From the NCBI GenBank assembly GCA_027624995.1, contig JAQBTI010000001.1, positions 1-31,718 on the forward strand: a stretch of DNA of 31,718 nt, read 5' to 3'. The stretch comes from Chloroflexota bacterium. Its GTDB lineage: Bacteria; Chloroflexota; Dehalococcoidia; Lucifugimonadales; CATQGZ01. Below the pieces are notes generated by a model that saw only the letters and a program-made list of their open reading frames with translations, made no database searches and had not been told where the DNA came from. The position numbers were made by a program, and so were the translations under genes. Below, piece by piece: positions 8,749-18,683 of the stretch (position 1 is its first letter; the number at the start of each line of letters is the position of its first letter).

Positions 8749-10065
8749 ATGAAACCTGTCGTCGCCATCGTAGGGCGGCCAAACGTTGGCAAGTCCACCC
8801 TGTACAACCGTCTGGTCGGGCGGCAGTCGGCCATCGTCTCGGACATCGCCGGCACCACGCGAGACAGAGTGATCTCGGAGGTCGAATGGGGGGACCGCAC
8901 CTTCATACTCGTCGATACCGGCGGTCTCGACCTGTTCCCGGAGACCGATCTGTGGAGGCAGGTCAAGGCACAGATCGACCTCGCCATAGCCGACGCCGAC
9001 GTCATCATCATGCTGGTAGATGCGGCCACGGGGGCCACGGCGGCCGACGCCGACGCAGCCGATCTGCTGAGACGCACCGTAAAGCCGGTCGTTCTGGCAG
9101 CTAACAAGTCAGATAACCAGGAGCGGTCGTTCTCAGCGGTAGAGTTCTACGAGCTTGGCCTGGGAGATCCGACGCCGATCAGCGCGTACCACAACATCGG
9201 CGTCGACGACCTCATGACGCGGGTGGTCGACCTATTCCCAGAGGGAATCGAGGCCCCAGAGCCTGAGGCCGATCTGAAGCTGGCGATCGTCGGCCGCACC
9301 AACGTTGGGAAGTCCGCGCTTCTCAATGCGATAACCGACAGCGACAGGGCCATCGTCAGCCCGGTGCCCGGGACGACCCGCGACACTCTGGACACACTCG
9401 TTCAGCGAGGTGACCGGTCGGTGCTTCTGATCGACACGGCCGGAATAAGGAGGCGTGGCAAGATTGGACTCGGAATCGAGCACTACAGCGTGCTCCGCTC
9501 CCTTCGCGCCATCGACCGGGCCGACGTCGCCATCGTTTTGACCGACGCCTCCGAGCTGGGCACCAGCCAGGACGCACACGTCGCCAGCTACGTGCTGGAG
9601 GCCTACAAGGGCCTGGTGCTGGCCGTCAACAAGTGGGACCTCGCCAAAAAGGTAGAGCTGACCAGGGAGAAGGCGACCGACATTATCAGGACTCGTTTCG
9701 CCTTCGCCCGCTACGCGCCGATCTGCTTCACCTCGGCCCTTCGACAGACTGGGCTTGACGGGCTGCTGGACACTGCCGAGGCTGTCTATTCGGAGTGGAC
9801 CAAAAGCGTGCCGAGGTATGACCTGAGCCGGACGGTGATGAATGCCGTGTCCGAGCCCCCGCCGTCTCCGATGGGAGGGCGGTCACTAAGGATCTACAGC
9901 GTCTCGCAAGACCAGACCGGTCCGCCAACCTTCACCTTCTACGTAAACCGGTCCGACATGGTACACTTTTCGTACCGAAGGTACCTTGAGAATCGCATTC
10001 GTGCCGCGTACGATTTCAAGGGAAGCCCTCTGAGAATGCACTTCAAAGGTAGGGGCGAAAGCTGA
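8749..10065 (+). CDS. der: Ribosome biogenesis GTPase Der (EngA)
   Basis: Two G-domains (GRPNVGKST/DTGG/NKSD and GRTNVGKSA/DTAG/NKWD) plus a C-terminal KH-like YRRYLENRIR. Confidence 0.97.
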   Translation: MKPVVAIVGRPNVGKSTLYNRLVGRQSAIVSDIAGTTRDRVISEVEWGDRTFILVDTGGLDLFPETDLWRQVKAQIDLAIADADVIIMLVDAATGATAADADAADLLRRTVKPVVLAANKSDNQERSFSAVEFYELGLGDPTPISAYHNIGVDDLMTRVVDLFPEGIEAPEPEADLKLAIVGRTNVGKSALLNAITDSDRAIVSPVPGTTRDTLDTLVQRGDRSVLLIDTAGIRRRGKIGLGIEHYSVLRSLRAIDRADVAIVLTDASELGTSQDAHVASYVLEAYKGLVLAVNKWDLAKKVELTREKATDIIRTRFAFARYAPICFTSALRQTGLDGLLDTAEAVYSEWTKSVPRYDLSRTVMNAVSEPPPSPMGGRSLRIYSVSQDQTGPPTFTFYVNRSDMVHFSYRRYLENRIRAAYDFKGSPLRMHFKGRGES

Positions 10066-10691
10066 TCGACTACCTGGTCCTCATCCCACTCGGCTACCTG
10101 CTAGGTTCCATCCCATTCGGGGTCCTTGTCGGTCGCGTAACCAAGCGGATTGATGTGCGTGACTACGGTAGCGGCAACACGGGCATGACCAACGTCATGC
10201 GCCTGGCGGGCGTGCCTGCTGGAGTGCTTGTGCTTGTGCTGGACATGGGCAAGGCCGCCCTTGCCGTGGGACTGGCCCGTGTGTTCAGCGACTCCGCCGG
10301 TGTCGCCGCCGGGGCAGGCCTCGCGGCGCTGGCCGGCCACATATGGCCGGTGTTCATCGGATTCAGGGGTGGCCGCGGAACCGCCAGCGGATTGGCCGCG
10401 CTGATCGTCCTCTCGCCCGTTGCCGGTCTGGCGAGCACGATCATCGGTCTCCCGCTTCTGTTGCTCACCCGCTACGTCTCCGTTGGGTCCATCTCGGGCG
10501 CAACCGTTGGAGGACTCACTCTGGTTGCGCTGTCCTTGACGACGAGCCTCGCCGAGCCCCAGTATGCCTGGTTCGGTGTGATAGGCACCACCCTGGTCCT
10601 CTTGCGCCACAAGGAGAACATCCAGCGACTCCTCAGAGGCGAAGAGCGCAAGCTGGGCGGGACTGCAGACACACTCCACGGCGGCTCCTAG
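10062..10691 (+). CDS. plsY: Glycerol-3-phosphate acyltransferase PlsY; probable CTG start
   Basis: GYLLGSIPFG...DVRDYGSGNTGMTNV, DMGKA, GHIWPVF..FRGGRG, RHKENIQRL..GEE. The frame extends upstream of the track start only as far as an in-frame TAG at 10050. Confidence 0.93.
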   Translation: MIDYLVLIPLGYLLGSIPFGVLVGRVTKRIDVRDYGSGNTGMTNVMRLAGVPAGVLVLVLDMGKAALAVGLARVFSDSAGVAAGAGLAALAGHIWPVFIGFRGGRGTASGLAALIVLSPVAGLASTIIGLPLLLLTRYVSVGSISGATVGGLTLVALSLTTSLAEPQYAWFGVIGTTLVLLRHKENIQRLLRGEERKLGGTADTLHGGS

Positions 10692-10712
10692 GTCCCCGGC
10701 ACAGGCCCTTCG

Positions 10713-11711
10713 ATGACACGGGTTGGGGTAGTCGGGACGACAAGCTGGGGCACCACTCTAGCACTTCTCCTCGCTGGTAGCGGTAACGAAGTTTCGCTGT
10801 GGGCACGGACCGACGACGAGGCGGCTCGACTGCAGGCAGACCGCGAGAACCGTCGGTTTGTTCCCGGTCATCCCTTTCCAGATAATCTTTCCGTCACGTC
10901 GTCTCCTGACACAGCCCTTGGCGACTCCGACTTGATCGTGGTGGCGGTCCCGTCGAGAGCTCTGCGAGACAATATCAGGATCCTTCGGGAGTCCATCAAC
11001 GTGTCTGCCGTCGTGGTCAGCGCGACCAAAGGGCTCGAGGCCGACACCTCCAAGCGCATGAGCGAGGTCCTCTCCGAGGAACTTCCCGAGTCGCTTCACC
11101 AGGCCATAGGTGTTCTTTCGGGCCCTAACTTGGCCGCTGAGATACTCGAAGGCAAGCCGACGAGCACGGTCGTCGCCTCCAAGTACGCAGAAACGGCTAT
11201 CCGGGCGCAAGAAGCGATCAACTCTCCGTTGTTCCGCGTCTACACCAACGACGATGTTACCGGCGTTGAGCTAGGCGGAGCGCTCAAGAACATCATCGCC
11301 CTGGGCGCGGGGATCTGCGACGGGCTTGGGTATGGAGACAACGCGAAGGCCGCCATCATTACTCGCGGCCTCGCCGAGATTGCCCGCCTCGGCGTGGCGT
11401 GTGGGGCCAAGCAGCAGACCTTCGCCGGGCTGGCCGGTATGGGCGACCTGATAGCAACCTGCTCTAGCCCACTAAGCCGAAATCACCAGGTCGGTGAGCG
11501 CCTAGCGAAAGGTGAACCGCTCTCCCAGATCCGGGCTTCCATGGATAACGTGGCGGAAGGAATCGACACGACCGCCGCAGCCCAAAAGCTGGCCAACAAG
11601 CTGGGCGTGGAGATGCCGATCACCAATGCAATGCACAGCGTGCTCTTCGACGGTGTCCCCATGGAGCAGGCAAGATCAGACCTGCTGGAGCGTGCCCCAG
11701 GTACCGAGTGA
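10713..11711 (+). CDS. gpsA: NAD(P)H-dependent glycerol-3-phosphate dehydrogenase
   Basis: VGTTSWGTTLA, VAVPS, SATKGLE, LSGPNLA, GVELGGALKNIIA, GLAGMGDLIATCSSPLSRN. Confidence 0.96.
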   Translation: MTRVGVVGTTSWGTTLALLLAGSGNEVSLWARTDDEAARLQADRENRRFVPGHPFPDNLSVTSSPDTALGDSDLIVVAVPSRALRDNIRILRESINVSAVVVSATKGLEADTSKRMSEVLSEELPESLHQAIGVLSGPNLAAEILEGKPTSTVVASKYAETAIRAQEAINSPLFRVYTNDDVTGVELGGALKNIIALGAGICDGLGYGDNAKAAIITRGLAEIARLGVACGAKQQTFAGLAGMGDLIATCSSPLSRNHQVGERLAKGEPLSQIRASMDNVAEGIDTTAAAQKLANKLGVEMPITNAMHSVLFDGVPMEQARSDLLERAPGTE

Positions 11712-11722
11712 GGCTGCGCTGG

Positions 11723-12469
11723 TTAGCCGCCCAGGTCGCCGAGTTCGTAGAGGACAGCGGAGACGGCGGCAACCGCGGCGGTCTCCGCCCTAAGTATCCG
11801 ACTCCCCAGGGTCACGGGCTCGATCGCTAGGGCTCGTGCGAGGTCGGTCTCCTCGGTGGTGAACCCGCCTTCGGGACCAATGAATATGCTCAGCAGGGGC
11901 GTCGGGCTGCCCTTCAGATCGGCCAGAGCTTGTCGGAGCCCGTGCCGGTCTTCGCCCTCCCACGGAATCACCGCCGGTCCCTGAACTCCGTTGCAGGCGT
12001 CCCGGAAATCGAGATGGTCCCCGATGGTCGGGATACGAGCCCGACCCGACTGTTCTGCCGCCTCTGAGACGATCTTGCGCCATCTGTCAGCACGCTTCTC
12101 GCCCGGTCCGTCGGTTCGCGTTCTAGGGATCGACCTGGCGCAAAGCACTGGCACGAAGGCCGCCACGCCCAGTTCGGTGCATTTCTGGAGCACGAGCTCG
12201 AACTTGCCCGCCTTCAATACGCCCTGGTACAGGGTGATCCTGGATTTAGGCTCTCCGGAGCCTTGAGCCTTGCTCGTTACCGTTCCGGTTGCCGCTGAAT
12301 GGGATACATCTTTCAGGGTAACCGAGTACTCCCAACCTTCGTTGTCGAGCACCATGATCTGGTCCCCGGGACGTAGGCGCAGGACCCGTGAGACCTGCCT
12401 TGCTACTGCTGACGGCAGCACCACGCGGTTAGCGAGTATGCTCTCGGGGGCAACGAAGAACCGGTGCAT
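11723..12469 (-). CDS. rsmE: 16S rRNA m3U1498 methyltransferase RsmE
   Basis: MHRFF start, RVLRLRPGD, KFELVLQKCTELGV, FIGPEGGF, LGSRILRAETA. Confidence 0.95.
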   Translation of the reverse strand: MHRFFVAPESILANRVVLPSAVARQVSRVLRLRPGDQIMVLDNEGWEYSVTLKDVSHSAATGTVTSKAQGSGEPKSRITLYQGVLKAGKFELVLQKCTELGVAAFVPVLCARSIPRTRTDGPGEKRADRWRKIVSEAAEQSGRARIPTIGDHLDFRDACNGVQGPAVIPWEGEDRHGLRQALADLKGSPTPLLSIFIGPEGGFTTEETDLARALAIEPVTLGSRILRAETAAVAAVSAVLYELGDLGG

Positions 12470-12485
12470 CAGTCCAGCCGTCTTA

Positions 12486-13394
12486 CTAGACCGTCGCGAC
12501 AAGCACTACCCAGCCGTCCTCTGTCAACGAGTGGCCGGGAACCGCGCCTGCTGCCGTTAGGGCATCTCGGACCGAGTCCTGATTCTCGGCTGAGACTCCC
12601 GACACGATCACCGCTCCGCCTGGCCGTACGGCCGCCACGAGGTCGGGAGCGATCTCGGTGACCACCTTCGCCGAGATGTTTGCCACCGCAAGATCAAAGC
12701 TCGCCGGGTTGACCCAGGGGCTCGGTAGACTGCCCTGGTGTAGTGACAGCGTTCCGGAGACTTGGTTCTGCACGGCGTTTTGCCTCGCGACTTCGATGGC
12801 CACCGGGTCCAGGTCGAGTCCCACCACTTCTGACGCCCCAACCCGGGCCGCGGCGATCGACAGAATCCCGGACCCGCAGCCCACGTCAATGACGCGAGCG
12901 CCGGGCGTGACCAGTCGTTCAATCTGCGCAAGGCACATTCGCGTAGTTGGGTGATGGCCGGTGCCGAAGGCCATGCCAGGGTCCAGCCAGATGGTCACCT
13001 CGCCGTCCTCTGGAACGTCTTCGAGCCAGCTAGGTCTGACTACGAGGTTTTCACCGATGTGAAGCGGCTTGAAATACCGTTTCCACGCTGTCTGCCACTC
13101 CTCCTCTTTCAGCACTCTTTCGGTGAGAGCAGACACCGGAGCGAGGCTGGCAACGAGACGGACGGCGATATCTATCCGGCTCCTGCGTTCCTGTGCCGTT
13201 GAATCCATGGGAACGTAGGTCCTGATCGTGGCCCGGCGTTGCCCGGCGACCTCACCCTCATCGGGGCTGTAGCCGCCGTCCTCCTCAACCGCTACTCCGC
13301 CATTGCCGTAGCGCAGGAATATCTGAGAAAGAGGTTCGACGAACTCGGGCGGGGCCTCAACGCTGAGCTCCAGCCACTCCGACGGGGTTTTCAA
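12486..13394 (-). CDS. prmA: Ribosomal protein L11 methyltransferase PrmA (start probably TTG 13394)
   Basis: EEWQTAWKRYFKP, LDPGMAFGTGHHPTTRMCL, VIDVGCGSGILSIAA, DLAVANI, VIVSGV; located between dnaJ and rsmE. Confidence 0.94.
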   Translation of the reverse strand: MKTPSEWLELSVEAPPEFVEPLSQIFLRYGNGGVAVEEDGGYSPDEGEVAGQRRATIRTYVPMDSTAQERRSRIDIAVRLVASLAPVSALTERVLKEEEWQTAWKRYFKPLHIGENLVVRPSWLEDVPEDGEVTIWLDPGMAFGTGHHPTTRMCLAQIERLVTPGARVIDVGCGSGILSIAAARVGASEVVGLDLDPVAIEVARQNAVQNQVSGTLSLHQGSLPSPWVNPASFDLAVANISAKVVTEIAPDLVAAVRPGGAVIVSGVSAENQDSVRDALTAAGAVPGHSLTEDGWVVLVATV

Positions 13395-13426
13395 AATGGT
13401 TCTCGGTGTGGCGGAACAGCGCTGGC

Positions 13427-14566
13427 TTAATCTTCCAGGCCGAAGGCATCTTTGATCTTGCCCAGCCAACGCTTGTCCTGACCCTTGTCAGTCCCCGACT
13501 GGTGTCCGGCCAGACTCTTGCCGAGGGCCTCTAAGAGTACCTTCTGCTCTTCGTTCAGCTTCCGAGGAGTCTCCACCGAGATCTTGACGACCTGGTCCCC
13601 ACGTCGGCTCCCGCCCACCTGGACGATCCCCTTGCTCTTCAACCGGAAGGTCTGCCCACTCTGTGTCCCCGGCGGGATTTCGAGAGGCGACTCTCCCTGG
13701 AGGACCGGCACGGTTACGGAGGCGCCGAGTGCCGCCTGAGCGACGTTCAACGTCATCTCATACAGTAGGTCGTCATTGTCGCGGGTGAATATCTCGTGGT
13801 CTTTGACCCTGACGGACACGTAGAGGTCCCCCGGCGGCCCGCCGTTCGAGCCCGGCTCACCCTTACCGGTCAGTCTGATGTGGGTGCCGGTCTCGATTCC
13901 GGCCGGGACTGAGACGACGAGCTTGCGCTTGCGGCGCTCCTTGCCTGTGCCCGAGCATGTCTTGCAAGGGTCGCTGATCGTCCTGCCCTCGCCGCGACAT
14001 GTGGCGCAGTCGATTACTTGGACGAACTGGCCGAAAATGCTCTGATTGGCGCGGCGAACTTGACCTGTACCACCGCAGTTGGCGCACATCGTCGGCGAGC
14101 TTCCAGACTCGGCCCTGGAGCCTCTGCACCCGGAGCAGACCTCGACGCGCTGGACATCGAATTCCTTCTCCGAGCCAAACACAGCCTCTTCGAACTCGAC
14201 GGACATAGAGAACTGTAGGTCCGCTCCGCGTTTGGCCGAGCTGGTCCGGGTCCTCGTGCCGCCGCCGAAGAATGCGTCGAATATGTCGCCAAAGCCGCCG
14301 AAGTTGTCGTAGCCGTCGAACCCTCTGGCGCCGTTGCTGCCCACGCCGTCGTGTCCGAACCGGTCGTAATCAGTGCGTTTCTTTGAGTCCGACAGCACCT
14401 GGTAGGCTTCGTTGACCTCCTTGAAACGTTCCTCGGCGCCAACCTTCTTATTCCGGTCAGGGTGGTACTCCAGCGCCAGCTTGCGGAATGCACGCTTGAC
14501 TTCTTCGTCTGACGCGTCCCGACCGACACCTATGACATCGTAATAATCGCGTTTGCTGGTGGTCAT
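13427..14566 (-). CDS. dnaJ: Chaperone DnaJ
   Basis: J domain ([14 protein letters not shown]), G/F region, four CxxCxGxG-type repeats, GPPGDLYV. Confidence 0.98.
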   Translation of the reverse strand: MTTSKRDYYDVIGVGRDASDEEVKRAFRKLALEYHPDRNKKVGAEERFKEVNEAYQVLSDSKKRTDYDRFGHDGVGSNGARGFDGYDNFGGFGDIFDAFFGGGTRTRTSSAKRGADLQFSMSVEFEEAVFGSEKEFDVQRVEVCSGCRGSRAESGSSPTMCANCGGTGQVRRANQSIFGQFVQVIDCATCRGEGRTISDPCKTCSGTGKERRKRKLVVSVPAGIETGTHIRLTGKGEPGSNGGPPGDLYVSVRVKDHEIFTRDNDDLLYEMTLNVAQAALGASVTVPVLQGESPLEIPPGTQSGQTFRLKSKGIVQVGGSRRGDQVVKISVETPRKLNEEQKVLLEALGKSLAGHQSGTDKGQDKRWLGKIKDAFGLED

Positions 14567-14652
14567 CGACGAAACTGAGGTCTCCTGGCAGTCATGAAAA
14601 TGTGAGCGTCTAGCGCCCTAAACGCGCATCGTCTCCGGACGCACGCCACCAC

Positions 14653-14681
14653 ATTATAAAGGCAGCCAAAAGGCAGTACAA
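14653..14681 (-). promoter_or_regulatory. sigma70-type promoter of dnaJ-prmA-rsmE: TTGTAC-N17-TATAAT
   Basis: Near-consensus -35 (14681-14676) and perfect -10 (14658-14653) with a 17-nt spacer. Confidence 0.8.
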
Positions 14682-14725
14682 GTTGAATCTCGATCCCGGC
14701 AGCCCCGACTTTGAGACCTCTGCGG

Positions 14726-16123
14726 CTACGGTCTCGCCAGTGAATCCAATAGAGCGAGGCCGATAACTACTGATTGGCCCATCAGTTCAGGGCGAATGAA
14801 ATCCAGGCGGTCGTACGGTGTGTGAATGCGTGAGAAATCGTTGTCCATGAAGAACACTGCTGGAATGTTGGCATTCAGAAAGGATGCGTGGTCGCTGCTG
14901 GCATTTCTGGGAAGCAATCGACGCCGGAGTTCGATCCCGATATCCCTGGCAAGTTCGACAGCTGTGTCCTGGAGATCCGAGTCGCCCGTGACTCCCAGAA
15001 CATCGCTTCCGGCCAGGGCGTCGTAGTTCAGCATCGCGACTATAGCTGCCCTCTCTTCCTCACTCAACGAGTTCACGTAGTGCTCGCTGCCGTGCAGGCC
15101 GAGCTCCTCGGCCCCGAATGCGATGATGCGGACCGTGAACGGGTAGTCTGATCCGGCGATCTCCTCAGCAGCGGCTATCAGCGACGCGATGCCGGACCCG
15201 TTGTCGTTGGCGCCGGGCACGCCGGGCACAGTATCGTAGTGGCCGCCCAATACGACCACCCTGCCGTCTGTCCCCGGGATCTCAGCGATTACGTTTCGGG
15301 ACTCGACTAGGTCGTTGGCAACGCTAACGGTGGCTTCAACATCTCGCCGTTCAAGCAACTCCAAAATGGCTTCGCCCATCTCCAGTGATGTCGTGACCAC
15401 CGGGATTCTCGACCGGTTTTGGAGCGTTCCACCGAACAGCCCGGACGCGTTGTTGTATACGATGGCGCCGACCGCTCCCACCTCCGAGACGCGGGAGATC
15501 TTCTCTTCGAAGGATATGACTCCTCGTTTGATAAGGGCGATCTTGGCCTCTAGTCCATCGAGTGGAATGTCCTCGGCGAATGCCCTTTCGACGTGGACTA
15601 AGGCGCCGGTCGCGGCACCCTCCACCGAGAGAGTCATCCGAATCGCCTGGACGGCGGGGACCTCGTCTCCCTCAGCTGCCAGTTCGACGGACGTCGACAC
15701 CGTTTCAAACGTGAAGTCCTGGAACTCCGTTTGGAAGCCGATGTCCCGGAAGACCCCGGCCAGGAACTCTGCCGCGGCCCGTTCCTGCTGCGTGCCCGTC
15801 GGGCGCGGGCTGTGGGCTTCGGTAAACGAAGTCAGGAATTCGAAGGCTATGTCGCCGACTCGTCTGACTTCTGCTTCTGCAGCCGTCGGCAACGTTTCGG
15901 AAATCCTCGAGGCTACCTCGCGTATCGGGGTTGGCGAGATTGTGGGCACTACGGCGCTCGCCATTGCAGTGGGCTCTGGCGTTGCCGAAGCGGCGGGGCT
16001 TACCGCCGTGATCGTCGCAGTGGGCGTCGGAGTCACGGGGGAGGAAGATGAGCCGCACGCCGCCGATAATAGCGAGATGCCGGCCACCAATGTGATCAGG
16101 ACCGAACTGACATTTAGTCTCAT
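14726..16123 (-). CDS. M28 family aminopeptidase with PA domain; lipoprotein with Pro/Thr-rich linker (alternative start 16135)
   Basis: Lipobox LSAAC; PA domain KIALIKRG..FEEK...GAVGAIVYNN; GGHYDTV..PGANDNGSG, FGAEELGLHGS, NYD, SDHASF, IHTPYD. Confidence 0.9.
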   Translation of the reverse strand: MRLNVSSVLITLVAGISLLSAACGSSSSPVTPTPTATITAVSPAASATPEPTAMASAVVPTISPTPIREVASRISETLPTAAEAEVRRVGDIAFEFLTSFTEAHSPRPTGTQQERAAAEFLAGVFRDIGFQTEFQDFTFETVSTSVELAAEGDEVPAVQAIRMTLSVEGAATGALVHVERAFAEDIPLDGLEAKIALIKRGVISFEEKISRVSEVGAVGAIVYNNASGLFGGTLQNRSRIPVVTTSLEMGEAILELLERRDVEATVSVANDLVESRNVIAEIPGTDGRVVVLGGHYDTVPGVPGANDNGSGIASLIAAAEEIAGSDYPFTVRIIAFGAEELGLHGSEHYVNSLSEEERAAIVAMLNYDALAGSDVLGVTGDSDLQDTAVELARDIGIELRRRLLPRNASSDHASFLNANIPAVFFMDNDFSRIHTPYDRLDFIRPELMGQSVVIGLALLDSLARP

Positions 16124-16187
16124 GTGGATATCCATGTGCTTTCGGATGTTTGATGCGTGTCGCTTGGGCCTCGGTTGATCCGGGTCG

Positions 16188-17780
16188 TCAGCGGAAGCGG
16201 GGGCCAGTCATCTCGCCTATGCAGTCGCTATCCGGCTCCGAGCGAGGGCTGTTGAGAAAAGACAGCGCGATGCTCAGCGGGCAGCCCCCCGACGTGCTGG
16301 CCCCGTGGCCGACGCCCGGAAACTCAAAAGCGTAGCTTCGGCTGAGGTTGCCGGCGACCACCCGCGCCCATTCCGGCGGGGTGATGGGGTCCATCTCGCC
16401 CGCCAGGACCAACGTCGGTATGTCGCTCACGACCGGCTGGTTCTCGACCGGAGCGGACCTTCGAGATTCCCAGACCTCGCACTGGTCGAAGGTCGGGTCT
16501 CGTTCCAACAGACCTCGCAATGGTGGATGGGCGTCGGCCGCACGGGCGATATCGTCCCCTGACGTGAAACTGAGCTCTTCCCCACACTGCAAGGAGAGGT
16601 GCATCCCGGTGCTGAACAGATCGTAGACGAGGAGGTTGCCGTGGAGCGCGGCCATGGTCTGAAGGCGACCCTCGGCCGCGTCGGAGACCGCCTGGGGAAG
16701 ATGTGGGATCAGCCCGGTGGAATACATCGAAAAGAAGAGGAACTCCAGCATACGGTCGCCGGTGATCAGCACATCGTAGTCCTCCCTAGTAATCGGGTGT
16801 CTGATCGTGACAGATTGCGGCTCTGCGTCAAGCTCGTCGACTAACCCATAGAAGGTCTTTTCCAAGCTGGGGTAACGTTCACTGCACGCCGAGTCGCTCT
16901 CGCAGGCCGTGAATAGCGTCGAGAATGCGCGGGCTACGTTGTCGAGGACGGACGTGTAGAGGTTGACCTCCAGAGGGTACACAGAGTCGAGAATCACGCT
17001 TCGGACGCCTTCGGGATGATCCCTCATCACGGTGAGCGCCAGTCTGGTGCCGTACGAGATCCCGTAAAGGTTCCATTCGTCGTAGCCCAGCGCCACTCTA
17101 ATGTCGTTGACGTCGGCTGCGCTCTCGGCGCTCGTGTAGGCCCGGAGGTCGACTCCGGTTGCCAGCAGTCGCTTCCGGCACTGCTCCGCGGCCTCCACGG
17201 ACCCGTCGGCCGCCTCCTTGACGCTCAATCTCTTGTCCAAGATGTCATAAGAGAACTCAACGTACTCGGGGCAGTCCAAGGCTGGCTCCGAAAAGCCCAC
17301 TCCCCTTTGGTCGAACATGATGAAATCGCGGTCATCGAGGAAAGGCGAGTAGTAGGGAGTGAACGATAGCCGGGCAAGCTCCAGCGCTTTTCCTCCGGGG
17401 CCACCCTCGAGGTATACCACCGGGTCCGACGCGGCATCTAGTGAGTTCTACTTGAACACGGCGACGTGCAGCCTGATAGTGGCGCTCCCGGCGGCAGTGC
17501 GGTCCTCCGGGACCGTTACAAACCCGCACTCCATCTTCTGGTCCGGCGGTGGAACGAATAGGCAGTCGGACTTTTCGAAGGTCGGCGCGGGAATGGAGGT
17601 TGGTGTGACGGTAGACGTCAGCGCGGGAGTCGAGCTGGGCGAGGGCAACGGTGTGGACGAGGCCGAGTTCGGCTCATTCGAGCGGTCCCCACAGGCGGCC
17701 AGCAGCACTAGCAGCAAGACAAAATGCGGCCACATGATCTGGGTGATGCCTGGTCGGAAACTGGTTGCGCGGAGTTCCAT
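16188..17780 (-). pseudogene. Secreted TAP-like alpha/beta hydrolase lipoprotein interrupted by in-frame TAG at 17450-17448
   Basis: Lipobox LLAAC, then MECGFVTVPEDR...IRLHVAVFK*NSLDAASDPVVYLEGGPGG in one frame; DQRGVGFS, GISYG nucleophile, GEMDPITP, FPGVGH. Start is 17780 or 17735. Confidence 0.85.
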
Positions 17781-17876
17781 GATCGAATACTGTAACGCAC
17801 CAGCATCAGAAGAGGTTCGCAGACCCAACGGCAGCCGGACAGTTCAGATAAACGTCCGACCACGCCGTTTGAAGAG

Positions 17877-17908
17877 CACTGGAGCGGATCGGCTAATCCG
17901 CCCCAGTG
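17877..17908 (-). terminator. 13-bp hairpin just after the gyrA C-terminal ORF stop; possible terminator (no clear U-tract)
   Basis: Minus strand CACTGGGGCGGAT-TAGCCG-ATCCGCTCCAGTG, with one G-U pair. Confidence 0.45.
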
Positions 17909-17909
17909 G

Positions 17910-18683
17910 CTATGTAAGGTCCTTAAGCTCTAGCTGCTTCGACCCGTTCTTTCCGTTTGATTTCCCGTTACGCCCCTTGGAGGTGGGCTCTTCGGGCTCA
18001 GGATCATCCTTGAGGTCACTGACGCACGCGATGGACGCCACCTTGTCGCCGGGGGCCGGCTTGAATATTGTTACGCCCTGTGTCGCTCGGCCGGTGTTCC
18101 TGATCTCCTCTAGGCTCGTCCGGATCACCTGCGCTTGCTCGGATACGACGTAGACCTCTGTATCGTCCTCGACCAACTCTGCCGCGGCGACGTTGCCGGT
18201 CTTTTTCGTAATGTTGAAGGTCTTAATGCCGACTCCGCCTCTGTTCTGTGTCCGGTACTTGGCGAGCTGCGTCAGCTTACCGTAACCAAGGCGGCTGATC
18301 ACGAGGAGCCTGGTCTCCGGATTGCCAACGTCCATTGAGACGACGCGGTCTTTCGCGCGTAGAGTTATCCCCTTGATGCCGCCGGCCGTCCTCGAGTGAG
18401 GCGTCACCTGGACGACGGGGAACCTGATAGACATGCCCTGCTCGGAGACGATTATCACGTCGTCCTCGGTCCCGGCTAGCCGCACCGCGACGAGGTCGTC
18501 GTCCTCCTTGAGGTCCATGATGATGAGCCCCGAGGGCCGAATGCCTGAGATGGCGTTGAGCGCCACTCGCTTGATGCTCCCTTTGCGAGTCGAGAGCACC
18601 AGGTAGGCCTCATCGTCGTCAAGGGTTCTGACGTGAATGACAGCCTTCACCTTCTCGCCGGAGCCTAACGGCATGACATTCAC
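17910..18683 (-). CDS. gyrA: DNA gyrase subunit A, C-terminal beta-pinwheel fragment (second part of a split gyrA)
   Basis: Pinwheel blades [63 protein letters not shown]. The frame also encodes [15 protein letters not shown] upstream of the GTG start. Confidence 0.9.
   Translation of the reverse strand: MNVMPLGSGEKVKAVIHVRTLDDDEAYLVLSTRKGSIKRVALNAISGIRPSGLIIMDLKEDDDLVAVRLAGTEDDVIIVSEQGMSIRFPVVQVTPHSRTAGGIKGITLRAKDRVVSMDVGNPETRLLVISRLGYGKLTQLAKYRTQNRGGVGIKTFNITKKTGNVAAAELVEDDTEVYVVSEQAQVIRTSLEEIRNTGRATQGVTIFKPAPGDKVASIACVSDLKDDPEPEEPTSKGRNGKSNGKNGSKQLELKDLT

Noticed and set aside
14567-14652. CIRCE (HrcA) operator before dnaJ
   Set aside because: No TTAGCACTC-N9-GAGTGCTAA match on either strand.
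17448-17450. Pyrrolysine insertion or genome-wide TAG recoding
   Set aside because: TAG is used as a normal stop in several genes here, no pyl genes are in the window, and the position is not catalytic.
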